Shown: in pieces, positions 50,792 to 63,900 of the stretch
How positions within the stretch are numbered: position 1 is the first letter of the stretch
How the letters are laid out: each line of letters opens with the position of its first letter
From: Paragordius varius
Taxonomy: Eukaryota; Animalia; Nematomorpha
NCBI GenBank assembly: GCA_964247055.1
Contig: OZ176054.1
Coordinates: forward strand, 10,416,001 to 10,480,000
Length of the DNA: 64,000 bases
Reading direction: 5' to 3'
Program-made: the position numbers and the translations under genes
Notes under the pieces: model-generated
What the model saw: only the letters and a program-made list of their open reading frames with translations
Told to the model about the DNA's origin: nothing
Databases searched by the model: none

Positions 50792-53700
50792 CTAACACAA
50801 TCAATTAGATATTTTAGAATTGTATTTAAAGAATTTATGTAGGAAAATAAGACTATACAAAAGTATGGTTCACTTTAAAAAAAAAATATTTTCTTATTTT
50901 TGTTACGTTTTGTCCGTGTAATATCAATTTAAAAAAAAGGAAAAAATATCGGTTAATTAGTTGTTATTCATTACTTAACACTTGGATACAACACATTCAT
51001 TTCAGTCCTTCGATTAAAATTGGGATAGTTAAATACCCCAGGCCTGTTTAAAATTAAATTCTTTAAAAAATATGAAAGGAATCGAAACCATGGAATAATT
51101 TTGTACTTATATAACATTAATAAACCGAAATATATAAAAAAATTTATTCAATATATTTGGTATTACTTATTTTTAGCTAAAATCGAAAGGTAAAGTGAGA
51201 TGTGTGCAATGGTAAAATTGAAAAATAATACAAAATAAACCGCTATTTCTATTTCTATCAATGTTAAATGTAATTTAAATACAAAATTAGCTTTAATTTT
51301 ACCCTTAAATTACATGAAGGCGATATTTACCAAAAATTTTGAAAAATCAAAATGGTAGATATTTTAGCATATTTAAATAATTTTTATTAGGATAGAAGCA
51401 TAAATTTAAATTGGGACCGTTTTCCTTCAGTAGTTTTTTAAAATTCCTAACTTAAATTTAGAGAGGGGTATTTAGATACCCCAATTTGAATCGAAGTGTT
51501 AATAGATCGAACTAAGTTAAGACACACTTACCGTAAAAAACTCAAAAACTTTCCAGATTTTACCTTATTCCATTTGATTAAAATAAAATTTCATTTTAAA
51601 CCGGTTAATACCCAACCCAGCAAACTGACCAACTTTATTACAAAATTATATAAGAAAAACCACCCCCTTTTTCAGAAAATCAATTTTTAGTGTGCCCCAA
51701 TTGAAACAAACCAAATAATTTTTAATATATATATCAATCATTACGCTTTTTACCCGGTTTATATCTCTAAATCAATCAACTTTTTGACCCGTAAATAACT
51801 CAAAATGAAAGGGAAACCCTGCCTTTTCACACATGATTTTTATTGTACATTACACATAATTTATTATTATTTCACACATTTTTTGATCGAATAACATCGA
51901 TTAAATGTTTAGATTTATTAGAACATACCCAAATTTGATCCTTATGGTACACGAATGAAATTTATGACATATTTTTACCAGTTAACGCTTTTTAACCAAT
52001 TAAACCCTAAATCCACCAATCAGCACACTTTATTACAATATTGAATATTTGTGTATACTTTAATTTTATTGTTACATTTAACAAAGATTATTGTTTATTA
52101 TACATTTACAGTTTAAATTCACCCATGAATTCAAATTCACGCTTTAATTACCCCTCAAACAATTCAAATTCACCCTAAAAATAAATTATGGGTTTTGGAA
52201 CAAATACTCATTATTAATATAAAAATATATTTTTATGGCATGATTTATCATTTTTTCAGTATTATTTTAATTTAAAACAAAATTTATTTTTTTAAAATTA
52301 CTTTAAAATATAGGTAAAATGTTATATTCGAGGGTGAATTTGAATTGTTTAAGAGTGAATTTGAATTGTAAATGGTATAGTAATTAAAATTATTGTTCAA
52401 TTTAAATATTTTTAAATTTTATAAAAAGAAAAAAACCGCTTTTTCCAAATTAGATTCAGCTTCGCTTGCACTGAGCGCCAGAGCCAATTCGATTTCTTCG
52501 TTAAGTTCCTGTTCAGTTTTAACGGCTGGTCCTTGGGGTTGTTTACTTAGCGGACTCATAACATATTCAGGGGGTAGGCCTCCTGAGTCTAATGTCGACT
52601 GTGATATGCACAATAAAAAATTTAATTGTGGAATTATATAAATAAATTAATAAAATTTGTGGGATTGTGAATTATATATATAAAAATAAATTTTTTGCAC
52701 CAAAAAACTTTAATTATTTTATAATCCAAGGTTTTGCATTAAAGACACTATGTTTTTTTATAAAATTAATAATAAATTAGAGTTAAAAATTTAATAATAT
52801 TTTATTTTGGGGGAAAAAAATAATTATTAATAATTGTTCTTTTAATATAACGAACATTGAATTTTGATAGATTCAAGTTGGTTGTATATATATTTTTTAT
52901 TTTTATTTCAAAGAAACTATAATTTAGTTAACTTATACATTATGATTGTAAAAAAAGTAAAGTTATTAAGGTCAAAATATAAATTTTCGAGAAAAAAATC
53001 AATTTTAGAGAGTAAAAGATATTTCAAAAAATAAAAATATAATTTAACTTCTACTATTTTTATAAAAAAGTCAATTTTTTTTAAAAAAAAGCTTAATTAT
53101 GTCACATAGATAAAGGGCGCTAAAAATCCAAATAACAAAAATTATATTATTTGGTTTTTAAAAACCCTGAGATGATCTTTTTAAAATAACAATTGTTCTA
53201 TAAAGCTTTTCAAGATATCTACTATGTGCAAATAATACTAAAATTGGATATAGTAATTTTCTACGAGTCTTCAATTATTATTATAGGTAAATTTCAAATT
53301 TTTATCCCTTATTAATTGCCCAAAAATTATCAACATGATTTTGATTTAAGTATTAAAATTTTTTACAAATAATACTGATACTCCTAATTTCAAAAGTTAT
53401 TTTTAAAAAAGCAATTAAAAAAACAATAATAAGCTTGCATAAAAAATATTTTTTAAGCGTGAAAAAATATATGACACCAATTAATATAAAAAATGTGGGA
53501 TTTGTCGTAAAAAACGTGAAAAAATAAAATATAATTTATTAATTCTCAAATTTTCGCCATAGGCAACATGAGCAAATTAGTTAAGAAAATTATTTTATTT
53601 TAATGTAATTTCGCAATAATTTCCACATTATTTAAATTACAAACCCTCAAAAAAAATTATTATAAATACTTTATTATCATTCCTTTGGGGTTTGACATGA

Positions 53701-56700
53701 GATTCGTATGTGGGAAATTCTGAATCAGAATATTCATCTTCCAAATAACCAACTAAATAAATATGCATTTTAAATTTAAACAATCTTATTTTATTTTACA
53801 AACAAATCTAATTAAATCATTTTATTAATTTTTATAACTATATAGCAATAAAACACTACTAATTACTCTACAGGATGAAATATGTATCATAAAAATTAAA
53901 TTAGTAAAAAAAGCGTAAATCATAATATATACCATTTAGAGCCCATATTAGCCAAAAAATTCAAATTCACCCCCTTAAACAATTCAAACTTAGCGTAAAT
54001 TAACTATGTGTTTTCGAATTTAAAAAAACTGCATATATTATATTTTTATAAAAAGAAATTAGGCGTTTTATATATTAACAAACATAATCCTGCAAAAAAT
54101 AATAGACTATGTATGTTGCCATTAATAAATTATTATTCCTATTAATGATGCTCTATATTAGCATGAAAGGACAAAATTTATTTTTAGCGTTAATTTGAAT
54201 TGTTCAAGGGTAAATTTGATTTGTAAATGGTATATTTAAAAAAATGGTTTTTCTATATGTCAAAACCTTTATCAACTAAAAAATAGTCTAAAAATAAAAA
54301 TCGTTAAAAGATTTATGAATTAACTTTTAATTTTTCGCGACAGAATTGCTATACTTATTCATATTATTATAATTTCTTTCTTAATACAAAACAAAAAATA
54401 ATGTGTGGAATTAAACATTAGATTATAGAAAAGATCGAAATTAGACTTGGAAACATTTGTCCATCCAACTTTTTTACCACATTCCTCTATATATATTATA
54501 TCATTTATAATTCAAATTCACCTTTGAACAATTCAAATTCACCCTAAAAATAAATTATGTGTTTTCGGGAAAATAAAACTCATCATTAATATGAAATATA
54601 TTTTTACGACAAAGTTTATTATTTTTTCAGCATTATATTAATGTTAAACAGAATTGCATAAAAATTTCATAAAATAAAGGTGGGTAAATTCGAATTGTTC
54701 AACGGTAAATTTAAATTGTTCAAGGGTGATTTTTAATTGCTCGAGGATGAATTTAAATTGTTCAAGGGTGAATTTGAATTGTTCAAGGGTGAATTTGAAC
54801 TGTAAATGGTATAAACATCAATATGTTTTTATTTCCAATAAAAAGGTTAAGAGGTCTTAACAAAGATCAATATAATTTATAAAACTTAATCCAAACAAAA
54901 GAATATTATTAAACAATAAAACAAAAATTACAATCTTTATCTTTGTGATAAGAATGTTTTATGGATTTGCCACCAGTCTTTTCCTCTACGTTTCCATTCC
55001 CCATATGTGGTGTAGCATTAGCTTTTTCATAACAGGCATCACAAACGCGAACCTCCCTTTCTATCCCATACTTTGGAATAATGGAAGTTTTAGCCGAACA
55101 TTTTTGACAAAATATTTGTCCACAATTGCGACAATGATGCTAATAAATACAATACAAAATTGATAAAATCAACATTGTGTGTAGATTAATTAATAGTCAT
55201 GTATCTTTTATATTATCAAAAATTTATTTTTTTCCGTTAAATGGGTATAAATATTTGTTAAAGAATGTGGAAAAAACAAGAGCTCTATGGTATTATCAAT
55301 AACATATTAATCAAAAATGTATAAGAATTACCATAGAGCTCTTGTTTTTTTCCATTCTTTGCCAAATATGCATACCAATTTAACGAAAAAATAAATTTTG
55401 ATAAAATAAAGGAAACACTGTAAGCTGAATTAGTTACAAATATATTTTATAATTTTAATTTCATATTTATTGCGGTAAAAACTAAAAACATATACGGACA
55501 AATGGTAAAAATATAAAGACAAATATTTTTTAAAAAATACATAGCCATACTTTTGAAATCTTGATTTATTTTAATATCACTCATTGTTTTAAATGGCAAA
55601 AAGTGTGAAATAGAAATATAAATTACTAACACATTCAATTCTATATTTTACAATTGTTACTAAATAGCTTATAAAAATTAAGTTTTATAAAAGTATGATT
55701 TTGTCTTTTAGATAAAAATAGTTGTTTTATATTATTACGTTTTGTCCGTATAATTTTCTATTTTATTATATTTTATTGTTGTGTTTTGATTCAAAGAAGT
55801 AAGTTAAATGATTCGAACGAAAGTCATTAATAAATTTATTTGTGTTAATAAATTTGCCGATGATTGAATCAAATTATTGTAAAAACAATGATTTTAATCA
55901 TATGTTTAATACACATTGTAAAATTAGATCTAAAAAACTAAAAAACGGAAAAAAGGGACTCAAATTATAATAGATGACCCATTCATAGCTTGAATTCAAC
56001 CTTAACATTTAAAATTCACAGCAAGTATAAATGATTGTTTTAGCTAATTAAACACTCATTATTTGTATGGAATATTTCTTTTGTTAGTTAATTTCAAAAA
56101 GTATATATATTAAAAAAACGTAGATAATTTTTTATATTCAAAAAAACTTAATTTATCTAGGGTCAATCTGAGATATTCAAGGGTGAATTTAAAACGTTAG
56201 AGAGTGAATTTGAAGTGTAATTGGTATAATATAAAAAAAGGAATGATATTTAATATAAACTCCAAACAGACCAAGTAACGAGGAAAAAATATGTGATTAA
56301 AATCTAAATTTTTAAGGCAGAATTAAAAGCAAAAACCACGATAGAACAGCTAAAAAAAATATGGATTTTTTATTTTTCCTATGTTTTTTTAATCAATTAA
56401 ATGGATCAATAAAACTATACATTAACTATGAAATTAGTTCAAATTAGACACATTATAATAAAATATAATTTTTTTGCAATATAGTGTGATTCACCATTTT
56501 TAATCTGTAATGCCCTTCTAGCATACTTATTTTCATGTCTTGTTGTTTTTTCATAAAACATTTAATCACTCTACAATTCTTTTTCTAAATACCCAATTAA
56601 ATTAAACAAAAAAAATGGATTTTTTTTCAAAAAACACTAAACTTTCCAAATAGTAAACGTCAACCCCTCATTAATAAAATGACGTCAATAAAAATTTAGG

Positions 56701-58817
56701 AATTTTTTTATCTTATTATCACATTTTTAAATATAAAAAAATATATATATATATAAAAATTTTTGCGTTCAAATTATGATTAAAATAAAATTTACTGTAT
56801 CTTATTCTACAGATATTTGCAAATGATAAGAATGATAAAAAATGATTAATAATTTATTACAATTCCCACTCAAATTTCTCAAAAAATAAATTATTACGCA
56901 TCATGACCCTTATTAAAAAACAATAAAAATTACAAATTTATTAATATTAAGTTTATAGTCATGTATCCTTTATTTTATCAAAAATTTATTTTTTTCGTTA
57001 GTTGGGTATAAATATTTGATAAAGAATGGAAAAAACAAGAGCTCTATGGTAATTCTTATACTTTTTCTGATAAATATGATATTGTTAATACCATAGAGCT
57101 CTTGTTTTTTCCATTCTTTACCTAATATTTATACCCATTTAACGGGGAAAAAATTAAATTTTTAATAAAATAAAGGAAGATACATGACTGTAATTAAGTT
57201 TTAAAGTTAATTACAATTATGATATTTTAAAGATATTTGTAAAAAAAGATAAGAAATAAAAAAAAGCCTTTTTTATGCACAAAAAAAAATATAAAAAACA
57301 AAAACCTTTCGTTGTACCAAACTAAATGCCGTCTTACAATTGAAACAATGTTCCCCGTCAACCCAATCAGGCGGATTTTCAGTCGAAAACATGGCATCAC
57401 TTTCTTTCAACAGGGGGAAATTGTATCCTAAAAGGTGTGAAAAAAATGGCAAAATATATTTTCTTTGATTTTTTTTAGACTCATAATTTTTATAAATTAG
57501 TTTAAAACTTAAATTTGTGAAAAAAGAACGCAATATAAAAAACTTTTCATTCATTTATTATATGTGTCTGTCGTGTAGACTTTTAAAAATCTTAGTGTAA
57601 GAACTAATCATCTTCAAAACTAAAAGTATTTTAACTATGATAATCTGTTAAAAATAGAATGAGCTTGATATTTTCTACTTAGAATAAAATTTTAGTTATT
57701 TAAAAAAAAATTTTAAAAAATACAACGCAATAATTAATTTATCAAAACTAAATATAAAAATTAATATTGCAAACAGTAAACCTTCCATTTTCATTAAAAC
57801 ATAGGTGTCTTTAACGACGTGATAAGATGGTTCATTTCTAAAGGCATGAGACCAGACCTGTATTAACTCCAAAATTTTCTGACGTATAGCAGTTTCTTCT
57901 GGTAACATCTAACCTCCCAAAAATTGAATAAAATTAAATAATTTGAATATACACAGTAAAAATAGATATAACGAGTTAAAGAGTATATTTTTGTAATATT
58001 TAACAATATTTATAAATTTTACCTTACGTTTTGGATTAATAACTTTAAAAACTAAAATAAAAAAAAAAATTTTTTAAGGACAACCGGATTTCTAAAACCA
58101 TGCTTATTATGAAATAAGGAATAGATATTTAAATGTACTCATTTATTTTATAATTGTAAATACATAAGTTACAAGTTTGAAAAATATGATTTTCTTAATT
58201 AAATTAAACATTAATGATACAATACTTATCATTTTGTCTTTATAATTATATTATAAACTGTAATATTGGTAGTTTTTAGGGTTGGAGGTCGGACCGGTTA
58301 TATATATCAAAACCTTAACAATTATTTAAAAATAACCGAAAATTAAAATTTATCACGTGTAAATCTTTCATGATGATGATGACGGGTTGATCTTTTATTC
58401 ATTTCAACTACTATAGAAACCACCCAATAGAAAAAAAAATAAATTAAAACAATTCCAAAGGCTTGGGAAAAAATCATCTTTCGGGCACATATCACTAAAA
58501 GTAACTTTCACTGTATATACATGCGATGCATTGGTATTAAAATTGTATAACCATATATATTTGAATTTATACATGAAAGATATATTAATTATTTTGAAAC
58601 ACTATTATGACGGTTAAAAGTTATATTATAAATCTAATAAATAAAACTTTGCATAAATCCTTCAAATCTTGCATAAAATCTTTGGTGGCAACTTCCTTGT
58701 GTAAACCGGCCCCACAATTTTTCACGAGGGATTCAATGACTTGGAGAGTTAGCAAAATGACATGCGGATTAATGTGCTCCAATCGTTTACGAATTGAAAT
58801 CATTGCCGATTTCGGAC

Positions 58818-58866
<49 letters not shown>

Positions 58867-59099
58867 CAACTTATTAGTTATTTTTTCAAAATTTATTAAA
58901 AATTTATGCTACAAAACTTAAAGAAGGTAAGAATAATTATTAATCGATAATTACGTTATATCTTTTTGTCGTATCATATCGCATAATTGCAAGGTTGAAT
59001 TCCAATCAGGCTCCAATAACAAAGAGCTTGTTGCTCTTTCTGATAATAGTTAATACATATAAAAATACCTAAAATATTCTCAATTGCGACACGAAACAT
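42541..59099 (-). CDS. HGS: Hepatocyte growth factor-regulated tyrosine kinase substrate (Hrs/Vps27, ESCRT-0), 18 exons, 863 aa
   Basis: Exons (minus): 59099-59069, 59039-58955, 58816-58648, 57908-57782, 57427-57306, 55139-54932, 53752-53670, 52598-52437, 50054-49995, 49679-49493, 48781-48615, 47754-47478, 46225-46053, 45273-45110, 44862-44789, 44454-44390, 43649-43454, 42782-42541. All GT-AG, phases consistent, total 2592 nt. VHS ([13 protein letters not shown]...LVKNCG), FYVE (CFNC...[13 protein letters not shown]...RVCDAC), UIM ([15 protein letters not shown]), [11 protein letters not shown]/coiled coil, P/Q-rich tail, terminal clathrin box QLISFD*. Confidence 0.96.
45683..45975. mobile_element. 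Fold-back MITE with 21-bp modular arms, family 2
   Basis: TATA-CCATTTACA start, repeats of CTTGAACAATTCAAATTCACC; further copies at ~46448-46728, ~52103-52377, ~53932-54230, ~54505-54808 and a half copy at ~56170-56225, all in HGS introns. Confidence 0.8.
46310..46402 (-). mobile_element. SINE 3' body fragment
   Basis: Reverse complement CAGCCCTGGGCAG..AAAGCCTTCACATGTTCGGATACA..CTTACCCTTTAATAA..GGAAAAAAGAGA matches ~3949-4040. Confidence 0.7.
48795..49020. repeat. Minisatellite, 4 x ~55 bp
   Basis: Unit ATAAAAAGTAAAAAAATTCTTAAAAAATATTT(ATT)nAAACTAAGGTTTTAT; length varies by ATT and A-run number. Confidence 0.9.
50979..51498 (+). mobile_element. piggyBac-type MITE, copy 2
   Basis: TTAA-flanked, collinear with 15414-15992. 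Confidence 0.82.
55194..55420. mobile_element. Palindromic Tc1/mariner-type MITE (CAGTCATGTA family)
   Basis: Near-perfect hairpin centred on AACAAGAGCTCTATGGTA...TACCATAGAGCTCTTGTT. Confidence 0.78.
56956..57190. mobile_element. Palindromic Tc1/mariner-type MITE (CAGTCATGTA family), most complete copy
   Basis: TA-TAGTCATGTATC...GATACATGACTG-TA; ~100-bp arms. Confidence 0.82.
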
Positions 59100-59624
59100 T
59101 AGGGCAAGGTTTAATAATCAATACCGATGAATATATGAAAACAAGAAAACAAGCTGTTTCAACACTATGCTGGTTAAATAATTATTTAGATAAGAAAGTA
59201 TGATGGTTTCGGTGATGTAATTTTTATTTTCAAGATAATATTTAATATAATTTTTGGTAACATATTATACTTTTTTAAATAGTATGCAGACGATTGTATT
59301 ATAGTAGTATATTTTAGGTGATAATCCAGTAAATAAACTAGTATTTTTCCTACCTTTTCACTTTTTTAGTTAACCTTTTACCCACACTTAATATTTAAAA
59401 ACTCGACACTTGAAAATTGTTTTAGTTAATTTTTATGAATACTTTAGTTAAAAAAATTATTTTTTTTATAAGTTCAAGAGTTTAGAATCGGGACAGCTCC
59501 AGAACACAATTGAAACAAACAGCTAATTTTAAAAAAAAACATATTAGTATTTGCTAGTTAGATGTAGCGTAAAAGCATTTAGGTATTTATTTACATTTTT
59601 AACCATCATATATATTAATGCTAA

Positions 59625-60172
59625 CACTTCGATTTAATTTGGGGTATCTAAATACCCCAGACCAAATTAAATTAAATTTGTAAAAAAACTACTAAAATAA
59701 ACGATTTATGCTTCTATGCTAAAAAAAATTATATAAATAAGCTAAAATATATTAATGAAATTCCATTTTGAAAAAAAAAGTTCCATGTCAAACTACTTAC
59801 GCGCCATTTTTATATTGCAAAATTTTAGCAAAATATCGTTTTCATTTTTTTTTCCAGGTATAATAAGGCTTATTTTTTATTTTAATCACATCTAACATTG
59901 ATGTAAATAGAAAAAGTGGCTTATTTTGTATTATTTTGCAATTAAATAAGGCAGACATGTCACGTTGACTAAATTTTTACCTTTGGGTTTTAACTTAAAA
60001 GTAATAATATAAAGTATTTTTGGAAAATGCTTTTATATATTTCGGTTTATTAATGTTATATAAGTCCAAAATTTTGCCATGATTTCTACTCCTTAAATAA
60101 TTTTTAAATTATAATTTTTAACAGGCTACCAATTTGGCTCGAAAGACTAAAATGAATGTCTTGTATCAAGTG
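59625..60172 (-). mobile_element. piggyBac-type MITE, copy 3 (inverted, more diverged)
   Basis: CTAA-CACTTCGATTTAATTTGGGGTATCTAAATACCCC ... CTTGTATCAAGTG-TTAA; ~530 bp upstream of the HGS ATG. Confidence 0.75.
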
Positions 60173-60811
60173 TTAATCATGAACTTGAACTTAAAGAAAA
60201 AGCGGCAAAAATATTTTAGGGAGCATTTTCTAAATTTTATATTTTAAATAAATTGTATAACACAGCCAAATAAGTTAATTCATATATATTGTGATAGGAA
60301 AATTTACAAAATCTATTATGGTGCTTTTGGCTTTGGCCCATATGAGAAATTTTGGAAAGTTCTTTATACTTTGGTGTAAATGCTCTAATGGCAAAATTTT
60401 TGCATATTTTTAAAATAAAATTTTTTCGGCTTCATTCTTAAATATATATCACTAGTATATACCTAAAACTACATATATAAAGCAAAACTCAAAAATTAGT
60501 TTTTAGAGTCGGGTTTGAAAGTCCCAAGTTTTTTGCTCTTCAAAAATGGATTTTTTTAAATCAAACGCAAAAATGCCGGCATTAAGCGAAAAAAAAATTA
60601 TATAAATATTTTGTATCAAATAAAGATATTTTTTAAAAAATGGGTACTTTTTTCAAAAAGCTATTTTCACCAAAATTTTGTTGAAGTGTGCTTTACCCTT
60701 AGTCATAATGGAAACAGGAACGCTTTAAGATAACACAAAACACTTGTTCTACATTTATATCACCTCAAAATTTTGATTAAAATATTCGTTGGTCTTCAAT
60801 AATTATAAATA

Positions 60812-60863
60812 ACTAGCGTAAATCTCGTGCTGCTACGCAGCCCGAGGAAGTCCTTCGGACTTC
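60812..60863 (+). mobile_element. Putative Helitron/Helentron-type terminus with two hairpins
   Basis: ACTAG followed by hairpin CTCG-T-GCTGC-TAC-GCAGC-C-CGAG (60824-60846) and perfect hairpin GAAGTCC-TTC-GGACTTC (60847-60863); GC-rich island in AT background, ~130 nt before the array. Confidence 0.45.
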
Positions 60864-60994
60864 TGGGGGGGTATTTGAAAAAAGGGACAATAAAATGATC
60901 TACATATGTGGATTATTTCGAAACATTATTTAATAGCTATGATTTCATAGGAATCTTAAAACGGTGCATTCATGCTAATTTATTGTTTACTTGG

Positions 60995-63900
60995 GGGAAA
61001 AATAGATTTAAAAAATTATTTTTGTGGACTTTGTTTTTTTAGAAAAAAATGGCATTTTACGGGGGGAGCGGGTAAAAAGAGGGCCTAAATCAAAAAAGTG
61101 ACTCGACTATGTTCGGCGCAATCGAAAATAAGTAAACAAAAATCATATTTAAAATTGAATGGTCCAACACGTTCTCCAAAAAATTGACTTAACCCATTTT
61201 TCACACGGGGTGGGCCCAAACTGGGGACCTAATTCCAAAAAAGGGCGAAGCTATTGTCGGGGCATTCATTAATGATTAAATTTTTTCGATGTTTGGATTT
61301 GATTGGGTTCACCGGTTTTCCGGAAACAGATCACAAAGTTATATCGAAAATCAATTTTTAGCGGGTAGCTCCTTACCCAGCAGCTATCATCAAATAAACG
61401 GTAGACTAAAATTTTTGCCTTTTAACAGGGAATACGTGGAATCCATATAGAATTTTTACGGTCTCATACCTAGGGCGAAAAATCGATTTAAAAAATTATT
61501 TTTGTGGACTTTGTTTTTTGAGAAAGGTGGCATTTTACGGGGGGAGCGGGTAAAAAGAGGGCCTAAATCAAAAAAGTGACTCGACTATGTTCGGCGCAAT
61601 CTAAAAAAAGTAAACAAAAATCATATTTGAAATTGAATGGTCCAACACGTTCTCCAAAAAATTGACTTAACCCATTTTTCACACAGGGTGGGCCCAAACT
61701 GGGGACCTAATTCCAAAAAAGGGCGAAGCTATTGTCGGGGCATTCATATTTTTTCGATATTTGGATTTGATTGGGTCTACCGGTTTTCCTGTACCAGATC
61801 ACAAAGCCAGCATCTTCCATTTTTATAAATATATAGATTACCATAAATAATGTATTAATATCCATATATCTTTTAACATGCTATACATATGATAGATACT
61901 CCTTACTCAGCATCTATCATCAAAGAAACGCTTGACTAAAATTTTTGCCTTTTAACAGGGAATACGTGGAATCCATATAGAATTTTTACGTTCTCATACC
62001 TAGGGCGAAAAATCGATTTAAAAAATTATTTTTGTGGACTTTGTTTTTTTTGAAAAAAAATGGCATTTTACGGGGGGAGCGGGTAAAAAGAGGGCCTAAA
62101 TCAAAAAAGTGACTCGACTATGTTCGGCGCAATCTAAAATAAGTAAACAAAAATCATATTTGAAATTGAATGGTCCAACACGTTCTCCAAAAAATTGACT
62201 TAACCCATTTTTCACACAGGGTGGGCCCAAACTGGGGACCTAATTCCAAAAAAGGGCGAAGCTATTGTCGGGGCATTCATTAATGATTAAATTTTTTCGA
62301 TGTTTGGATTTGATTGGGTTCACCGGTTTTCCGGAAACAGATCACAAAGTTATAAAAATCAGTTTTTAGCGGGTAGCTCCTTACCCGCCAGCTATCATCA
62401 AATAAACGGTAGACTAAAATTTTTGCCTTTTAACAGGGAATACGTGGAATCCATATAGAATTTTTACGTTCTCATACCTAGGGCGAAAAATCGATTTAAA
62501 AAATTATTTTTGTGGACTTTGTTTTTTTTGAGAAAGGTGGCATTTTACGGGGGGAGCGGGTAAAAAGAGGGCCTAAATCAAAAAAGTGACTCGACTATGT
62601 TCGGCGCAATCTAAAAAAAGTAAACAAAAATCATATTTGAAATTGAATGGTCCAACACGTTCTCCAAAAAATTGACTTAACCCATTTTTCACACAGGGTG
62701 GGCCCAAACTGGGGACCTAATTCCAAAAAAGGGCGAAGCTATTGTCGGGGCATTCATATTTTTTCGATATTTGGATTTGATTGGGTCTACCGGTTTTCCT
62801 GTACCAGATCACAAAGCCAGCATCTTCCATTTTTATAAATATATAGATTACCATAAATAATGTATTAATATCCATATATCTTTTAACATGCTATACATAT
62901 GATAGATACTCCTTACTCAGCATCTATCATCAAAGAAACGCTTGACTAAAATTTTTGCCTTTTAACAGGGAATACGTGGAATCCATATAGAATTTTTACG
63001 TTCTCATACCTAGGGCGAAAAATCGATTTAAAAAATTATTTTTGTGGACTTTGTTTTTTTTGAAAAAAAATGGCATTTTACGGGGGGAGCGGGTAAAAAG
63101 AGGGCCTAAATGAAAAAAGTGACTCGACTATGTTCGGCGCAATCTAAAATAAGTAAACAAAAATCATATTTGAAATTGAATGGTCCAACACGTTCTCCAA
63201 AAAATTGACTTAACCCATTTTTCACACAGGGTGGGCCCAAACTGGGGACCTAATTCCAAAAAAGGGCGAAGCTATTGTCGGGGCATTCATTAATGATTAA
63301 ATTTTTTCGATGTTTGGATTTGATTGGGTTCACCGGTTTTCCGGAAACAGATCACAAAGTTATAAAAATCAGTTTTTAGCGGGTAGCTCCTTACCCGCCA
63401 GCTATCATCAAATAAACGGTAGACTAAAATTTTTGCCTTTTAACAGGGAATACGTGGAATCCATATAGAATTTTTACGGTCTCATACCTAGGGCGAAAAA
63501 TCGATTTAAAAAATTATTTTTGTGGACTTTGTTTTTTGAAAAAAATGGCATTTTACGGGGGGAGCGGGTAAAAAGAGGGCCTAAATCAAAAAAGTGACTC
63601 GACTATGTTCGGCGCAATCTAAAAAAAGTAAACAAAAATCATATTTGAAATTGAATGGTCCAACACGTTCTCCAAAAAATTGACTTAACCCATTTTTCAC
63701 ACAGGGTGGGCCCAAACTGGGGACCTAATTCCAAAAAAGGGCGAAGCTATTGTCGGGGCATTCATATTTTTTCGATATTTGGATTTGATTGGGTCTACCG
63801 GTTTTCCTGTACCAGATCACAAAGCCAGCATCTTCCATTTTTATAAATATATAGATTACCATAAATAATGTATTAATATCCATATATCTTTTAACATGCT

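Noticed and set aside
61637-63846. Three identical 63-aa ORFs (and 8062-8311 ORFs)
   Set aside because: By-product of the tandem unit; the frame is not kept in A units or in the dispersed copy; no recognisable domain.
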